The position numbers were made by a program, and so were the translations under genes. A stretch of 64,000 nt of DNA, taken from a virus. The stretch is taken from positions 23,432 to 87,431 of the IMG/VR virus record IMGVR_UViG_3300045988_088152. One strand, given 5' to 3'. The notes beneath the pieces are model-generated. The model was not told the DNA's origin. It ran no database searches and saw only the letters and a list, made by a program, of their open reading frames with translations. The first letter of the stretch is position 1; every line of letters starts with the position of its first letter. Positions 20,380 to 29,062 of this stretch are shown here, one piece after another.

Positions 20380-21143
20380 GAAGCAGCCAAGATTGCTCTT
20401 AGCTGCTTCGTATTTGTCAAAGTACAATATTCAGTTAAACAACAGTTCCCATTGAGTTGGGCTTATTGTAGATATGAGCCGATTGGCTCTGACCACCATC
20501 CTTTCTTTAATTATGCTTCGGATAAACCAGTGGATAATTCAAGAGAATAGTGACCTCCTTTCGGATATTCATAGCCGCCAATGAGTAGTAGCGACAGGCA
20601 GTTACAGTATATACCTAGATACAAATATTTCGTTAAAGCTCCATTTATCAAGCGCCATCGGGCATCTAGCGCCACTCACTGTTATGTTTTATTATTTTAC
20701 AAGTGCGGCATATTCTTACCGTGTCGTCCGGTGTTATGGTGCAATGGGTCTTAGATGCCATCACATCTCGCCTTTGCATCGTTCTAATGGCGATGCGGTT
20801 TTCATTGTTGTCATATGGTATACCGCAAACCTTCGATTAACGTCCACATATTGCCGAAAGACAACCCGGTTCTATGCTTCATACGCTCGTATAACACACC
20901 TGTTGCTATACGCCTATCGTCAAGGATAGGATTTTGCAAGAGCCGCTATACACGGCTCTGAAATCTCCTTGTACACATGGCACATGAGATAAATTGTCAT
21001 ATCTCGCCACAGCATATGACACGCTCGTATTAGGCTCTGCATTGGTGCAGATTCACGGCGAAGATATTCAACTCTACTAGGTGGGTCAATCGCCCCACAA
21101 GCATGATTAACGCAGCCGTAGCTATCACCTAACAGAGAATGAA
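20380..21143 (-). ncRNA. candidate large structured noncoding RNA (strand uncertain)
   Basis: About 760 nt with no credible ORF. GC is about 50 percent in 20701-20760, against roughly 35-38 percent in the flanks. Many perfect 5-8 bp hairpins and a long-range GGCATCTA/TAGATGCC pairing are present. Confidence 0.4.
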
Positions 21144-22343
21144 TCAATTCAAAATATATTTCTTAGTCCACGTCTTTTGTCCATCTTCAAACAACATAAG
21201 CAATGCACCAGCTCTTGACAACTTGCGACATCTCTTGCTATAATCATCAATGCCAACAATGGACGGACATTTAATTACTTCTTTCTCAGTATTCAAGCCA
21301 ATACCAACTGACTGTTGCTCAAGATGATGAAAATGCCCAAGTAGTAGGATATCAATATCAATCTGATGATAGTCCTCAAAGAACGCGATTTCTCTAGTCA
21401 CATCCTTTGTGTCATCGCCATGATATGCTAGGATATTCACGCCTTGAATCGTCTTGAACCCACATTCTGCATAAGGCGCAACCTCAATGTTGGGATTGTC
21501 TTTGAGCCGCAACCGTACAATCTGCGTGATAATCTTGGCAATATTATCTTCTGGCAGGTCGCCCTTCTTCATGTTCAATGAACGAATTTGACTATGATTA
21601 CCACCAACGGCAATATATTCAATCGGCACTTGTAGTCGCTCACTTAGCTCAACTAGCCACTGACTGATATATTCGGCATATTCCATGGAACAATCTACAA
21701 TTCCAGCCTTGAGCTTCATAAGGTCAGACATATGTAGTATTCCCTGAATGGAATCCCCCATATCGAACACAACTAGGCGGCTAAATGACGATACTGAATA
21801 TGCGTCATCTTCAATGCTGTTCATTAACTTTTCCATTCGCGTCTTGAATACATCAGGATTGTACACATTGACCTTCTCGCCAAACAATGAATCCATATCA
21901 ATCATTGTTCCATAATGCTCATCGCCAATGCACAACACACCAACTTGTTCTTTGATTGGGTCTGGCTCAAATTTGCGGCTAAACTTGATTGGCTCAAGCC
22001 GATTGATAGCAGAAACAATTTCTTCATTGAGCATATCATGTCGCGCCACTTCGCGCTTATTCGCTACATACTCAAGATTTTCTGTGCGAAGTTTAAGACG
22101 TGATTTCTCTAGTTCCTGTTTAGCCTCTCTGAGCTGTGATAGAATATCAACGTCTTTTTCATCTGATTCACAATCGTCTGCACCATTTAGCATATTGCGA
22201 ACAAATACAGCACAACGCCGTAGATATTCCTCGCTCCAGACGCCCCTATAATCTTCACCAAGACAACGTGCCGTCCATTCCTGCAAGTCAATTAGCTTAC
22301 TATCTAGCAGCTCAGTCGCTTGTTGTATCTTTTGTAGATTCAT
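21144..22343 (-). CDS. calcineurin-like metallophosphoesterase
   Basis: Motifs GDSIQG, GGNHSQ, YHGDD and LLGHFHH occur in the canonical order. Confidence 0.8.
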   Translation of the reverse strand: MNLQKIQQATELLDSKLIDLQEWTARCLGEDYRGVWSEEYLRRCAVFVRNMLNGADDCESDEKDVDILSQLREAKQELEKSRLKLRTENLEYVANKREVARHDMLNEEIVSAINRLEPIKFSRKFEPDPIKEQVGVLCIGDEHYGTMIDMDSLFGEKVNVYNPDVFKTRMEKLMNSIEDDAYSVSSFSRLVVFDMGDSIQGILHMSDLMKLKAGIVDCSMEYAEYISQWLVELSERLQVPIEYIAVGGNHSQIRSLNMKKGDLPEDNIAKIITQIVRLRLKDNPNIEVAPYAECGFKTIQGVNILAYHGDDTKDVTREIAFFEDYHQIDIDILLLGHFHHLEQQSVGIGLNTEKEVIKCPSIVGIDDYSKRCRKLSRAGALLMLFEDGQKTWTKKYILN

Positions 22344-22875
22344 TCAATTTCTGTTCCTTTTCCTTCTTTTTCCGTTCATAATCTTCTTTTTTCTTGTTGA
22401 TGACGTTAATAAAGTCATCATAGCTCTGTTGTTTTGCTTTCTCAATGCGGTCATCTTGCATCTGCTCCAATGTACGTTTTGCCGTTCGTTCTGCCTCTGC
22501 TTGAGTAATTAACTTTAAGTCATTAGGTGTTAATTTACGATTTCTTACCCTTTGACGATACAATTTAGTTACACCTTTACCATTTACATTGTTTATAAAT
22601 GCATCATTTGCGTCATAGGTTATGTTAAACCAAGCTGGGTTAATTTGCTCAACAAGTTCACCCTGTTCATTCTTAGCCATCACTCTGCGCTCAGGATACT
22701 TTTTTAATCTAAACGTTCCAACACCTGGCATTTGGCATCTTCCATCAAAATGCAACATATGAACAATGGTGTCAACGCATGCTTGCCAATACTTTTTTAC
22801 TGTCTCTGGCTTAGATTCAAGTAAACTAGCCGCATATTCATAAAATTGCTGATTCAGCTTATTATGTTCAGCCAT
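22312..22875 (-). CDS. HU/IHF-like DNA-binding protein with basic C-terminal extension
   Basis: The N-terminal half resembles the HU fold (GVGTFRLKKYPER...). The tail is K/E-rich. Confidence 0.5.
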   Translation of the reverse strand: MAEHNKLNQQFYEYAASLLESKPETVKKYWQACVDTIVHMLHFDGRCQMPGVGTFRLKKYPERRVMAKNEQGELVEQINPAWFNITYDANDAFINNVNGKGVTKLYRQRVRNRKLTPNDLKLITQAEAERTAKRTLEQMQDDRIEKAKQQSYDDFINVINKKKEDYERKKKEKEQKLNESTKDTTSD

Positions 22876-23287
22876 CTTCTTCTTCCTTCATAAACTTGGG
22901 GTTATCAGGATAATTCTCTAATACCCAAGCATCCCATTCTTCTTTGGAGCATTTTTCACCAAATGCCGTATTCATCTTAACATAACTAGCCATGTGATAT
23001 TCTGGCTTAAAGAACAATTTTAGAAATCCTTGTCTATTTGGATAATACATACGACGCTTTTGGAAACCGTTCCAATATTCACCAGCAGGACGAGGCGCAA
23101 ACGGCTTAAATGTCAATACACCAATATCAGGTAGTGAATACTCTACGCCATGCTGTAGTGTCTCACGAATGACGTCATGATAATTCGTTAATACAATTTC
23201 AATAATCTTGGGGTCAACGCCTGTACGCCGTATCAACTCTTTTTTCATATCGGCTTTACCAAGCCGAGGATATTTATTTTTATGCAA
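22868..23287 (-). CDS. HU/IHF-like DNA-binding protein
   Basis: KKELIRRTGVDPKIIEIVLTNYHDVIRETLQHGVEYSLPDIGVLTFKPFAPRPAG follows the HU/IHF pattern. Confidence 0.55.
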   Translation of the reverse strand: MHKNKYPRLGKADMKKELIRRTGVDPKIIEIVLTNYHDVIRETLQHGVEYSLPDIGVLTFKPFAPRPAGEYWNGFQKRRMYYPNRQGFLKLFFKPEYHMASYVKMNTAFGEKCSKEEWDAWVLENYPDNPKFMKEEEDG

Positions 23288-23356
23288 TTATATCGTTCCT
23301 TTCCCTATTAGTCTACCACAATATATTGTGGTAAGTTCATTTTGTCCATATATTTC

Positions 23357-25930
23357 CTACTGTTTTAACATGTCTCCCGTGCGGACAGGTGGAGCTTCAC
23401 GCGATTCAGTACGCCGCTGATTATCCGCCTTCTTATAGCATTCCTCTGAGCAATAATGCTGACATACATCGCGCGGCTTGAATCGCTTGCCGCAAATGGG
23501 ACAAATTGGATTGAGTTGCGCCGTATTGATTCTCAAATTTTCTACAATCGTCCAACCAAAACAAGCCCACAGCATTTTCTTATTACTTGATTTTTTGACC
23601 GTATATAAATAAGCAACTAAGCTATTAACCACAACATCTAGCGGCTCATTGCTATACTCCACTATATCTTGTGTTATGCGGCGATATTTATACAAATCGT
23701 CTTCATTGATATGTGGGTCATCGCCATAATCGAATCGGCGCTGATTCCATATCCACCAATTATACCTCTCTATGATTGGTGAATTTTCTCTAGTGGTATA
23801 ATCAACTGATTTATTTATCAGCATCGTCCAGTCAAATTTTCCAATCTTGTTATTATAGCGGATTCTGGAAGCAGGGATTTTTGTCGATATACGATTCATT
23901 GTGGAATTGTTAGGAGGTTCTACTTGGGTATCTGGGTCTTTGTCTTTGGCATATTGAAAGAAATTTGGAACACGAGCTTTTGTATATTGCTTGATAGTGT
24001 TATTGATTTGTTTCGGTCGTTCTGGCAGCCATTGCGTCTTAGCGCAATCTATAACAGCGTTGTTCTCGAAACAAAGCCATTTTACTACATCTAGCTCTTC
24101 TTGTGTGATTTCGCCACTGTTCCATATTTTTGTAATATTGTTACTAACCGGTCCTATATTGCCTTTAGTATAAGCATTGACCATTCCATTATACATGCTG
24201 TCTGGATTTAATAAGCCGCCCTTAGCTTTTTTGAGGTCATATGCTAGAGGAACTATATCTTGCATATTGTGTTTGGCGCAACTTGTCAACGTTCTATCTT
24301 TTACTACTAGAGCCTTATCCCCATCTACGTCAAACATAAGGTAACGTGAAATAAGGTCGTGGCAACTAGTATATATACACTTAGTTCCACCAAACCAATA
24401 ATCAAGCTCTAAGTTGCGCCGATTCGTCCTAATTGCCCATTCTCGATATAGGTGCGGCGAACGTAAGCAAGCCAATGTTTCTTCGTCTCGATATTGATTT
24501 GTATATACATCGCCATCTGCAAGCAGTCCTTGTGGGTTTTGTTGTCCTAAAAATAACCATTCGCAAAACGCATATAGATCGGGCGCTAAGAATAGATATT
24601 TTCCATTTACTCTAAGCCGCCCACCTTTGGCTTGTTTAACTAGGCTTTTTTTAGTCTGTTTCAAAATTTCTCGGTTATATGAATCTTTGAACAGCTCAGG
24701 ATATATCAGCAACGCCTCTTGCATAGCTGATTTATACCGGTTATTCTCTGTTGCGCCAAGTAGCCTCATAGTAACTTGATAATCATTACCAACATCATCA
24801 ATCTCTTGCGCCGTCTTAGAGATGATGCGGTCAATCTCATTATCTGTCATATCGCTCAATGTCTGCAACATCTGATAGTTGATGCGGCTCTTTGGAATAT
24901 AAGGCTCCTCTATATTGCAATAACAAGCATTGCATCCAAAATTTTTGAATCGCGCCTTATAGCAATCCCACGAATCATAAAATTTCCATAGCTTGAATTG
25001 GCTCTTTGTGAATATATACCGTATATCTTCCTCTATAATTTTATGCTCATTTCCATAAATATCTGTTACAGTTGTCTCCCCACCACATTTCTCTTTGATA
25101 AACTTGTCAAATGGAAATGTAACAAGCAATCCCTTTACCCATGGCATACGTACCATTCTTGTTGTTTCATCAAGCATAATACCGCATCCGTCCATATGAG
25201 GAATAACCGTATTTGTCATCTCGCGTTTAATTTCATACGTAACACCATCAATATGGTCAACCAATCCCGGAACAGCCGTTTCCCAATCATCTACCACAAT
25301 TGATTTGTCAATGTCAAAATCTTGCCAAACATCTGTAGCAGAGTTCATAAGCGCCAAATAAGCAAGGAACTTGTTTTGATTCATGCCTCCCCGCTCATTG
25401 ATTTCATCTATGGTCAAGCCGCACATCAATTTTTGCTCAATGCGCTTAAACGACGATTCTTTGACAAATACAGCTCTTTTCGTTCTTATCTGTCCTGCTG
25501 ATGCAGTAAGGAACACATATTTTTCACCATTGTAAATAAATCCTTGACGAACTAGATTATTAAATACTTGAAAGAAAAATACGTTGATAATGAACAGCTC
25601 ATCTGTCAATTTGAATGGCTCAAGACCTAAGCTGCGTGTTAAATCGGATTCAAATAGATTAACAACCGTCTTATCTGTCACAGCATCTTGTCGCAATTCT
25701 CTAGTTACGTTTCGATTTACTGCATCATCAAGCAATTCAGATAACCGTGCCTTTTCTTTTTTGAGTAAACGATTTACCGACTTGATGCGCCAATCTGGCT
25801 TTCCGTCATCCTTCCATCGCTTACGCAACGAATATAACCGAACGAGCCGAGTATGTAATATCATTTCGTTATCGTCATAAAATGCGCTAGTATCTATTGA
25901 ATGCAAATAAATTTGCGTCTGTAGGCTCAA
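23357..25930 (-). CDS. YonO/RDR-like single-subunit (two-barrel) RNA polymerase
   Basis: 857 aa. It has LMFDVDGDKALV (a DxDGD metal-binding motif), an upstream ASAGQIRTKRAVFV resembling the RDR-family SxSQxR block, and a C-terminal CPICG...C..C zinc ribbon. The TTG start is coupled to the upstream small ORF. Confidence 0.6.
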   Translation of the reverse strand: MSLQTQIYLHSIDTSAFYDDNEMILHTRLVRLYSLRKRWKDDGKPDWRIKSVNRLLKKEKARLSELLDDAVNRNVTRELRQDAVTDKTVVNLFESDLTRSLGLEPFKLTDELFIINVFFFQVFNNLVRQGFIYNGEKYVFLTASAGQIRTKRAVFVKESSFKRIEQKLMCGLTIDEINERGGMNQNKFLAYLALMNSATDVWQDFDIDKSIVVDDWETAVPGLVDHIDGVTYEIKREMTNTVIPHMDGCGIMLDETTRMVRMPWVKGLLVTFPFDKFIKEKCGGETTVTDIYGNEHKIIEEDIRYIFTKSQFKLWKFYDSWDCYKARFKNFGCNACYCNIEEPYIPKSRINYQMLQTLSDMTDNEIDRIISKTAQEIDDVGNDYQVTMRLLGATENNRYKSAMQEALLIYPELFKDSYNREILKQTKKSLVKQAKGGRLRVNGKYLFLAPDLYAFCEWLFLGQQNPQGLLADGDVYTNQYRDEETLACLRSPHLYREWAIRTNRRNLELDYWFGGTKCIYTSCHDLISRYLMFDVDGDKALVVKDRTLTSCAKHNMQDIVPLAYDLKKAKGGLLNPDSMYNGMVNAYTKGNIGPVSNNITKIWNSGEITQEELDVVKWLCFENNAVIDCAKTQWLPERPKQINNTIKQYTKARVPNFFQYAKDKDPDTQVEPPNNSTMNRISTKIPASRIRYNNKIGKFDWTMLINKSVDYTTRENSPIIERYNWWIWNQRRFDYGDDPHINEDDLYKYRRITQDIVEYSNEPLDVVVNSLVAYLYTVKKSSNKKMLWACFGWTIVENLRINTAQLNPICPICGKRFKPRDVCQHYCSEECYKKADNQRRTESREAPPVRTGDMLKQ

Positions 25931-26070
25931 AAAATCACCTCTAATTCATTCTCTGAACTACCATATATCCAAAACGCCCAATCACGCTCAGTTGGCTCAT
26001 ATTCATCATCCCATACTTCTGGTTCTGTATTTTCCGATACATACCAGTTATAGCTCATTTCGCTCCACAA
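25927..26070 (-). CDS. 47-aa acidic Trp-rich ORF translationally coupled to the RNAP gene
   Basis: AAGGAGG lies 10 nt upstream of the TTG. Its stop TGA overlaps the RNAP TTG start. Confidence 0.4.
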   Translation of the reverse strand: MWSEMSYNWYVSENTEPEVWDDEYEPTERDWAFWIYGSSENELEVIF

Positions 26071-26099
26071 TTTATTACTACCTCCTTGAGCTTAATGCT

Positions 26100-26128
26100 A
26101 TTATATCATATATTTGATTATTTGTCAA
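26100..26128 (-). promoter_or_regulatory. sigma-A type promoter for the RNAP operon
   Basis: Minus strand TTGACA-N17-TGaTATAAT. The -35 overlaps the stop codon of the GIY-YIG gene. Confidence 0.7.
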
Positions 26129-26703
26129 CCCAATATATCTCTTTCCATCCGCTCATTCACACAGGCAAGAATTTCATCTTCTGTGGCATATCTAAGTCCC
26201 ATATCTTCATAAATTTTAGACATTTTTCTTGTGCAAGCAGGACTTAACATCTGAGCAAGAACACCAGCATCTTCATTGATTTCTTCGGATAGTTCAGCAA
26301 TAGTCAAATACGTCTTTCCATTGCAAACAACCGGCGTACCCGCACGTCCAGTTCTTGGTCTTTGTGCTTTCACAACATCATCTCTAATATCATCAGGTGT
26401 TACTTCTCGATAATTCATATGTTCCCCAAGATTTTGATTGTATCCATTCTCAGGAAGATACGAGCCTGTTTCTTGAATTAACATACCTTCGTAAAATCTT
26501 GCCTCGTCACGGGTTAAATTTTCTACAAGTATCTCATGTTTGAAATTTTTCCATCCATATTTCACTATATCTTTCCAAAATCTCTGATTTGTTTGGTATC
26601 CAAAGCCATCGTTCCATCTTGTCACATAATTTTCAGCAATCCCATAATAGACCAAGCCGTTCTCTAAGTTTGTATGCTTATATACAACGTTATTATTTTC
26701 CAT
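26125..26703 (-). CDS. GIY-YIG homing endonuclease (free-standing)
   Basis: The N-terminus VVYKHTNLENGLVYYGIA...R...E...N follows the GIY-YIG pattern. The C-terminal part resembles a DNA-binding extension. Confidence 0.7.
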   Translation of the reverse strand: MENNNVVYKHTNLENGLVYYGIAENYVTRWNDGFGYQTNQRFWKDIVKYGWKNFKHEILVENLTRDEARFYEGMLIQETGSYLPENGYNQNLGEHMNYREVTPDDIRDDVVKAQRPRTGRAGTPVVCNGKTYLTIAELSEEINEDAGVLAQMLSPACTRKMSKIYEDMGLRYATEDEILACVNERMERDILG

Positions 26704-26760
26704 ATTTATCTCCTATCTATCAATTCTAAGAAAGAAAGTACCAAAGAAAGAAACAATGTA

Positions 26761-26785
26761 TAAGTAAATACTAACGTATTTACTT
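26761..26785 (-). promoter_or_regulatory. 10-bp perfect hairpin in the 5' leader of the GIY-YIG gene
   Basis: AAGTAAATAC-GTTA-GTATTTACTT between the promoter and the RBS. Confidence 0.4.
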
Positions 26786-26794
26786 ATTTACTAT

Positions 26795-26823
26795 ATTATA
26801 CCATATTTTCATCACTTTATCAA
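26795..26823 (-). promoter_or_regulatory. sigma-A type promoter for the GIY-YIG gene
   Basis: Minus strand TTGATA-N17-TGgTATAAT. Confidence 0.6.
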
Positions 26824-26847
26824 GTGGTAAAATAAAAAATTTTTCTA

Positions 26848-26876
26848 TTGACATTACATACTTTCTATGCTATAAT
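26848..26876 (+). promoter_or_regulatory. sigma-A type promoter
   Basis: TTGACA-N17-TGcTATAAT, divergent from the GIY-YIG promoter. Confidence 0.65.
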
Positions 26877-26907
26877 ATCCATTAGTATATATAATAATAT
26901 ATAATTA

Positions 26908-26955
26908 CAATTTAACTATTATCTACTCATAAATTCGTAGATAATAGTTAAATTG
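26908..26955. repeat. perfect 19-bp inverted repeat with a 10-nt spacer
   Basis: CAATTTAACTATTATCTAC / GTAGATAATAGTTAAATTG, between two tandem + strand promoters. Confidence 0.9.
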
Positions 26956-26986
26956 ATGCGAAAAATCAATTTGTCAAAAATTATGC

Positions 26987-27015
26987 TTGACAAGTGCAAA
27001 TTGATGTGATATAAT
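26987..27015 (+). promoter_or_regulatory. sigma-A type promoter
   Basis: TTGACA-N17-TGaTATAAT upstream of 27036. Confidence 0.7.
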
Positions 27016-27035
27016 CATGGCGTGAGGTGAGATAA

Positions 27036-27266
27036 ATGCCAAGAACAAAGAAAGTTAACGCCGTAGTCCAATATAGCGATACTGGCTGGATTATTAATGA
27101 TTGCGGCAATGGACAATTTGAGCTATACAACACCAGCACTAAGCAGATTTTAGCAAAGAGCAATAATCCATTGGATTTTGATAAGCATATAGACACAATT
27201 TTTGGCAAGGAGGCGGCTAAGCATGTTCGAGATTTTCAAGCTGAGCAAGAAGAAGAAAGAGCTTGA
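27036..27266 (+). CDS. hypothetical protein
   Basis: ORF track; RBS GAGGTGAG upstream. Confidence 0.55.
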   Translation: MPRTKKVNAVVQYSDTGWIINDCGNGQFELYNTSTKQILAKSNNPLDFDKHIDTIFGKEAAKHVRDFQAEQEEERA

Positions 27267-28392
27267 AGAACAAATTGCTCAACTCAAAGCAGATATTTCT
27301 AGTATGCAAACAGAAATTGATAACTATGACGAACATCAGCAAATTGCGGCGCATCAATACGAAAACACCATGCGCTCTGCAAAGGCGGCTCAATCCGTCC
27401 TTGATGCACTAAATGGTAAAATCCATGCTATTGAAGAAATGCAGGATTATAATATCCCGTATTATCAGGATTCGCTAGATGAACTTGAGCATAAGCGCTA
27501 TGAGCTACAAAGCAAAATTGAATCTGCTGTAGATACTGGTCTATATCGCATTGAGCAAGGATATACACTCAATGATTCTGCTAGACGTGGTAAAGAAATG
27601 CAGGATGTATATGGGCGTGGATTGTGTTATGCTATGTCAGGATATATTGATAGCAAAGAAAAATCTGTCACAACAGGCAATATTGCTAAAAGCAAAGAAT
27701 TGATTAAGAATAAATTTAATTCTTATCAGTCTAAAGCAAATAAAGTTGGATTAGCGCTTAATGCTGAATATGTCAAAGCGCGGCTTGATATACTAGATAT
27801 TAACTTAGCTATCAAAGTCAAACAGAAAGAAGAAAAAGCTCGAATTCGTGAAGAAAAGCGTAGATTGAGAGAACAAGAGCAGTTGCTTGCTGATATTGCT
27901 AGAGAGCGCGCAAAGTTGCTAGAAGAAAAGAAAGCAATGAATATTGCGTTTGATAAGGCACTGACAAATGATGAGCGTAATAAGATCAAATCTCAATTAG
28001 CTAGTATCGACAAGCGTCTCGATTCTATTGCTTATCGTGAGTCGCATAGCAAGGCTGGTTGGCTATATGTCATTAGTTCACCTAGCCTGCCCGGATTAGT
28101 GAAGTTAGGTTGCACCAGAAGATTGAATCCTGCATTGAGAGTGCGCGAACTCAGCTCAAGCAGTTTGCCAGAACCATATCATGCTCATTGTTTCGTATTT
28201 AGCGACGACTGCTTTGAGCTAGAAAATAATATCCATAAATATTTTGACAAAGAGCGGGTCAACCCTGATAGAGAATTTTTTCGTATCGAGCCAAAAGAGG
28301 CTATTGATGTGTTAAAAGAAATTTTCAACGTAGATGTCCATTTTGTAGATGAAGATTGCAATGAAAACGAGGAGGATGAATATGCGAGTTAA
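27223..28392 (+). CDS. coiled-coil (DUF4041-like) plus T5orf172/MUG113 (GIY-YIG-related) domain protein
   Basis: The C-terminus GWLYVISSPSLPGLVKLGCTRRLNPALRVRELSSSSLPEPY...EFFRI follows the T5orf172 pattern. The start is taken at the ATG after AAGGAGG. Confidence 0.7.
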   Translation: MFEIFKLSKKKKELEEQIAQLKADISSMQTEIDNYDEHQQIAAHQYENTMRSAKAAQSVLDALNGKIHAIEEMQDYNIPYYQDSLDELEHKRYELQSKIESAVDTGLYRIEQGYTLNDSARRGKEMQDVYGRGLCYAMSGYIDSKEKSVTTGNIAKSKELIKNKFNSYQSKANKVGLALNAEYVKARLDILDINLAIKVKQKEEKARIREEKRRLREQEQLLADIARERAKLLEEKKAMNIAFDKALTNDERNKIKSQLASIDKRLDSIAYRESHSKAGWLYVISSPSLPGLVKLGCTRRLNPALRVRELSSSSLPEPYHAHCFVFSDDCFELENNIHKYFDKERVNPDREFFRIEPKEAIDVLKEIFNVDVHFVDEDCNENEEDEYAS

Positions 28393-28540
28393 ATTCAAAG
28401 ACCCTATGTTTACCAATGTATATACAGTTTACAATGTTAGAGATAATAAAAGTGGATATCCTCATTTCTTGCTTTATATCGGTAGACAATGGAGATATAT
28501 TAGTGCAAAATATTTTATTCCGATCGAGGAGGATGAATAA
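28382..28540 (+). CDS. hypothetical protein
   Basis: ORF track frame; ATG after GAGGAGGATGAAT. Confidence 0.5.
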   Translation: MRVKFKDPMFTNVYTVYNVRDNKSGYPHFLLYIGRQWRYISAKYFIPIEEDE

Positions 28541-28840
28541 ATGAGCGTATATGTATATGAAAGCCATCTTGGTGGACTTTATACGTCAGATGATTATATT
28601 CCGTCTGATGAATTATATTGTGAGCAATGTGATGACAGCGATTATGAAATTGGCTCATTTGATACATTTGAAGAATTTCTTAGATATTATGCAGACAATA
28701 TCTATGTCGACCCGTTGGATGGAGGATATAGCCTTGATTTAGTTATCTCAGATGTGGGTTATGCTTTTGATGATGATTTGGCAAAAGAAGAAGCCGCAAA
28801 TATTGTCAGAACAGCGAAGAAAGAAATGGAGGATGAATAA
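28541..28840 (+). CDS. hypothetical acidic protein
   Basis: ORF track. Confidence 0.55.
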   Translation: MSVYVYESHLGGLYTSDDYIPSDELYCEQCDDSDYEIGSFDTFEEFLRYYADNIYVDPLDGGYSLDLVISDVGYAFDDDLAKEEAANIVRTAKKEMEDE

Positions 28841-29047
28841 ATGATTATCTATACTTGTCCTAAATGTGGTGGTGATGTTTATCATAATTATATTTCGCTT
28901 ATTGATATATGGGCTTGCCTAGATTGTGACTGGCGGTATGAAGTGCCAGATAAACTTGAATATCGCCCATTCGAGCAAATTAAAATTAAATCAGATGAAG
29001 ATTGGACACTATATGAAGCGCTTGATAATGTAATGACGAATGGATAA
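28841..29047 (+). CDS. hypothetical zinc-ribbon protein
   Basis: CPKCGG...CLDC. Confidence 0.55.
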   Translation: MIIYTCPKCGGDVYHNYISLIDIWACLDCDWRYEVPDKLEYRPFEQIKIKSDEDWTLYEALDNVMTNG

Positions 29048-29062
29048 GGAGGATGAACAAAT

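Noticed and set aside
20684-21147. ORF-track entries 20684..20929 (+) and 20920..21147 (-).
   Set aside because: The products are Cys/His/Arg/Tyr-rich with no RBS, and they sit in the GC-enriched hairpin-dense block. I treated them as noncoding.
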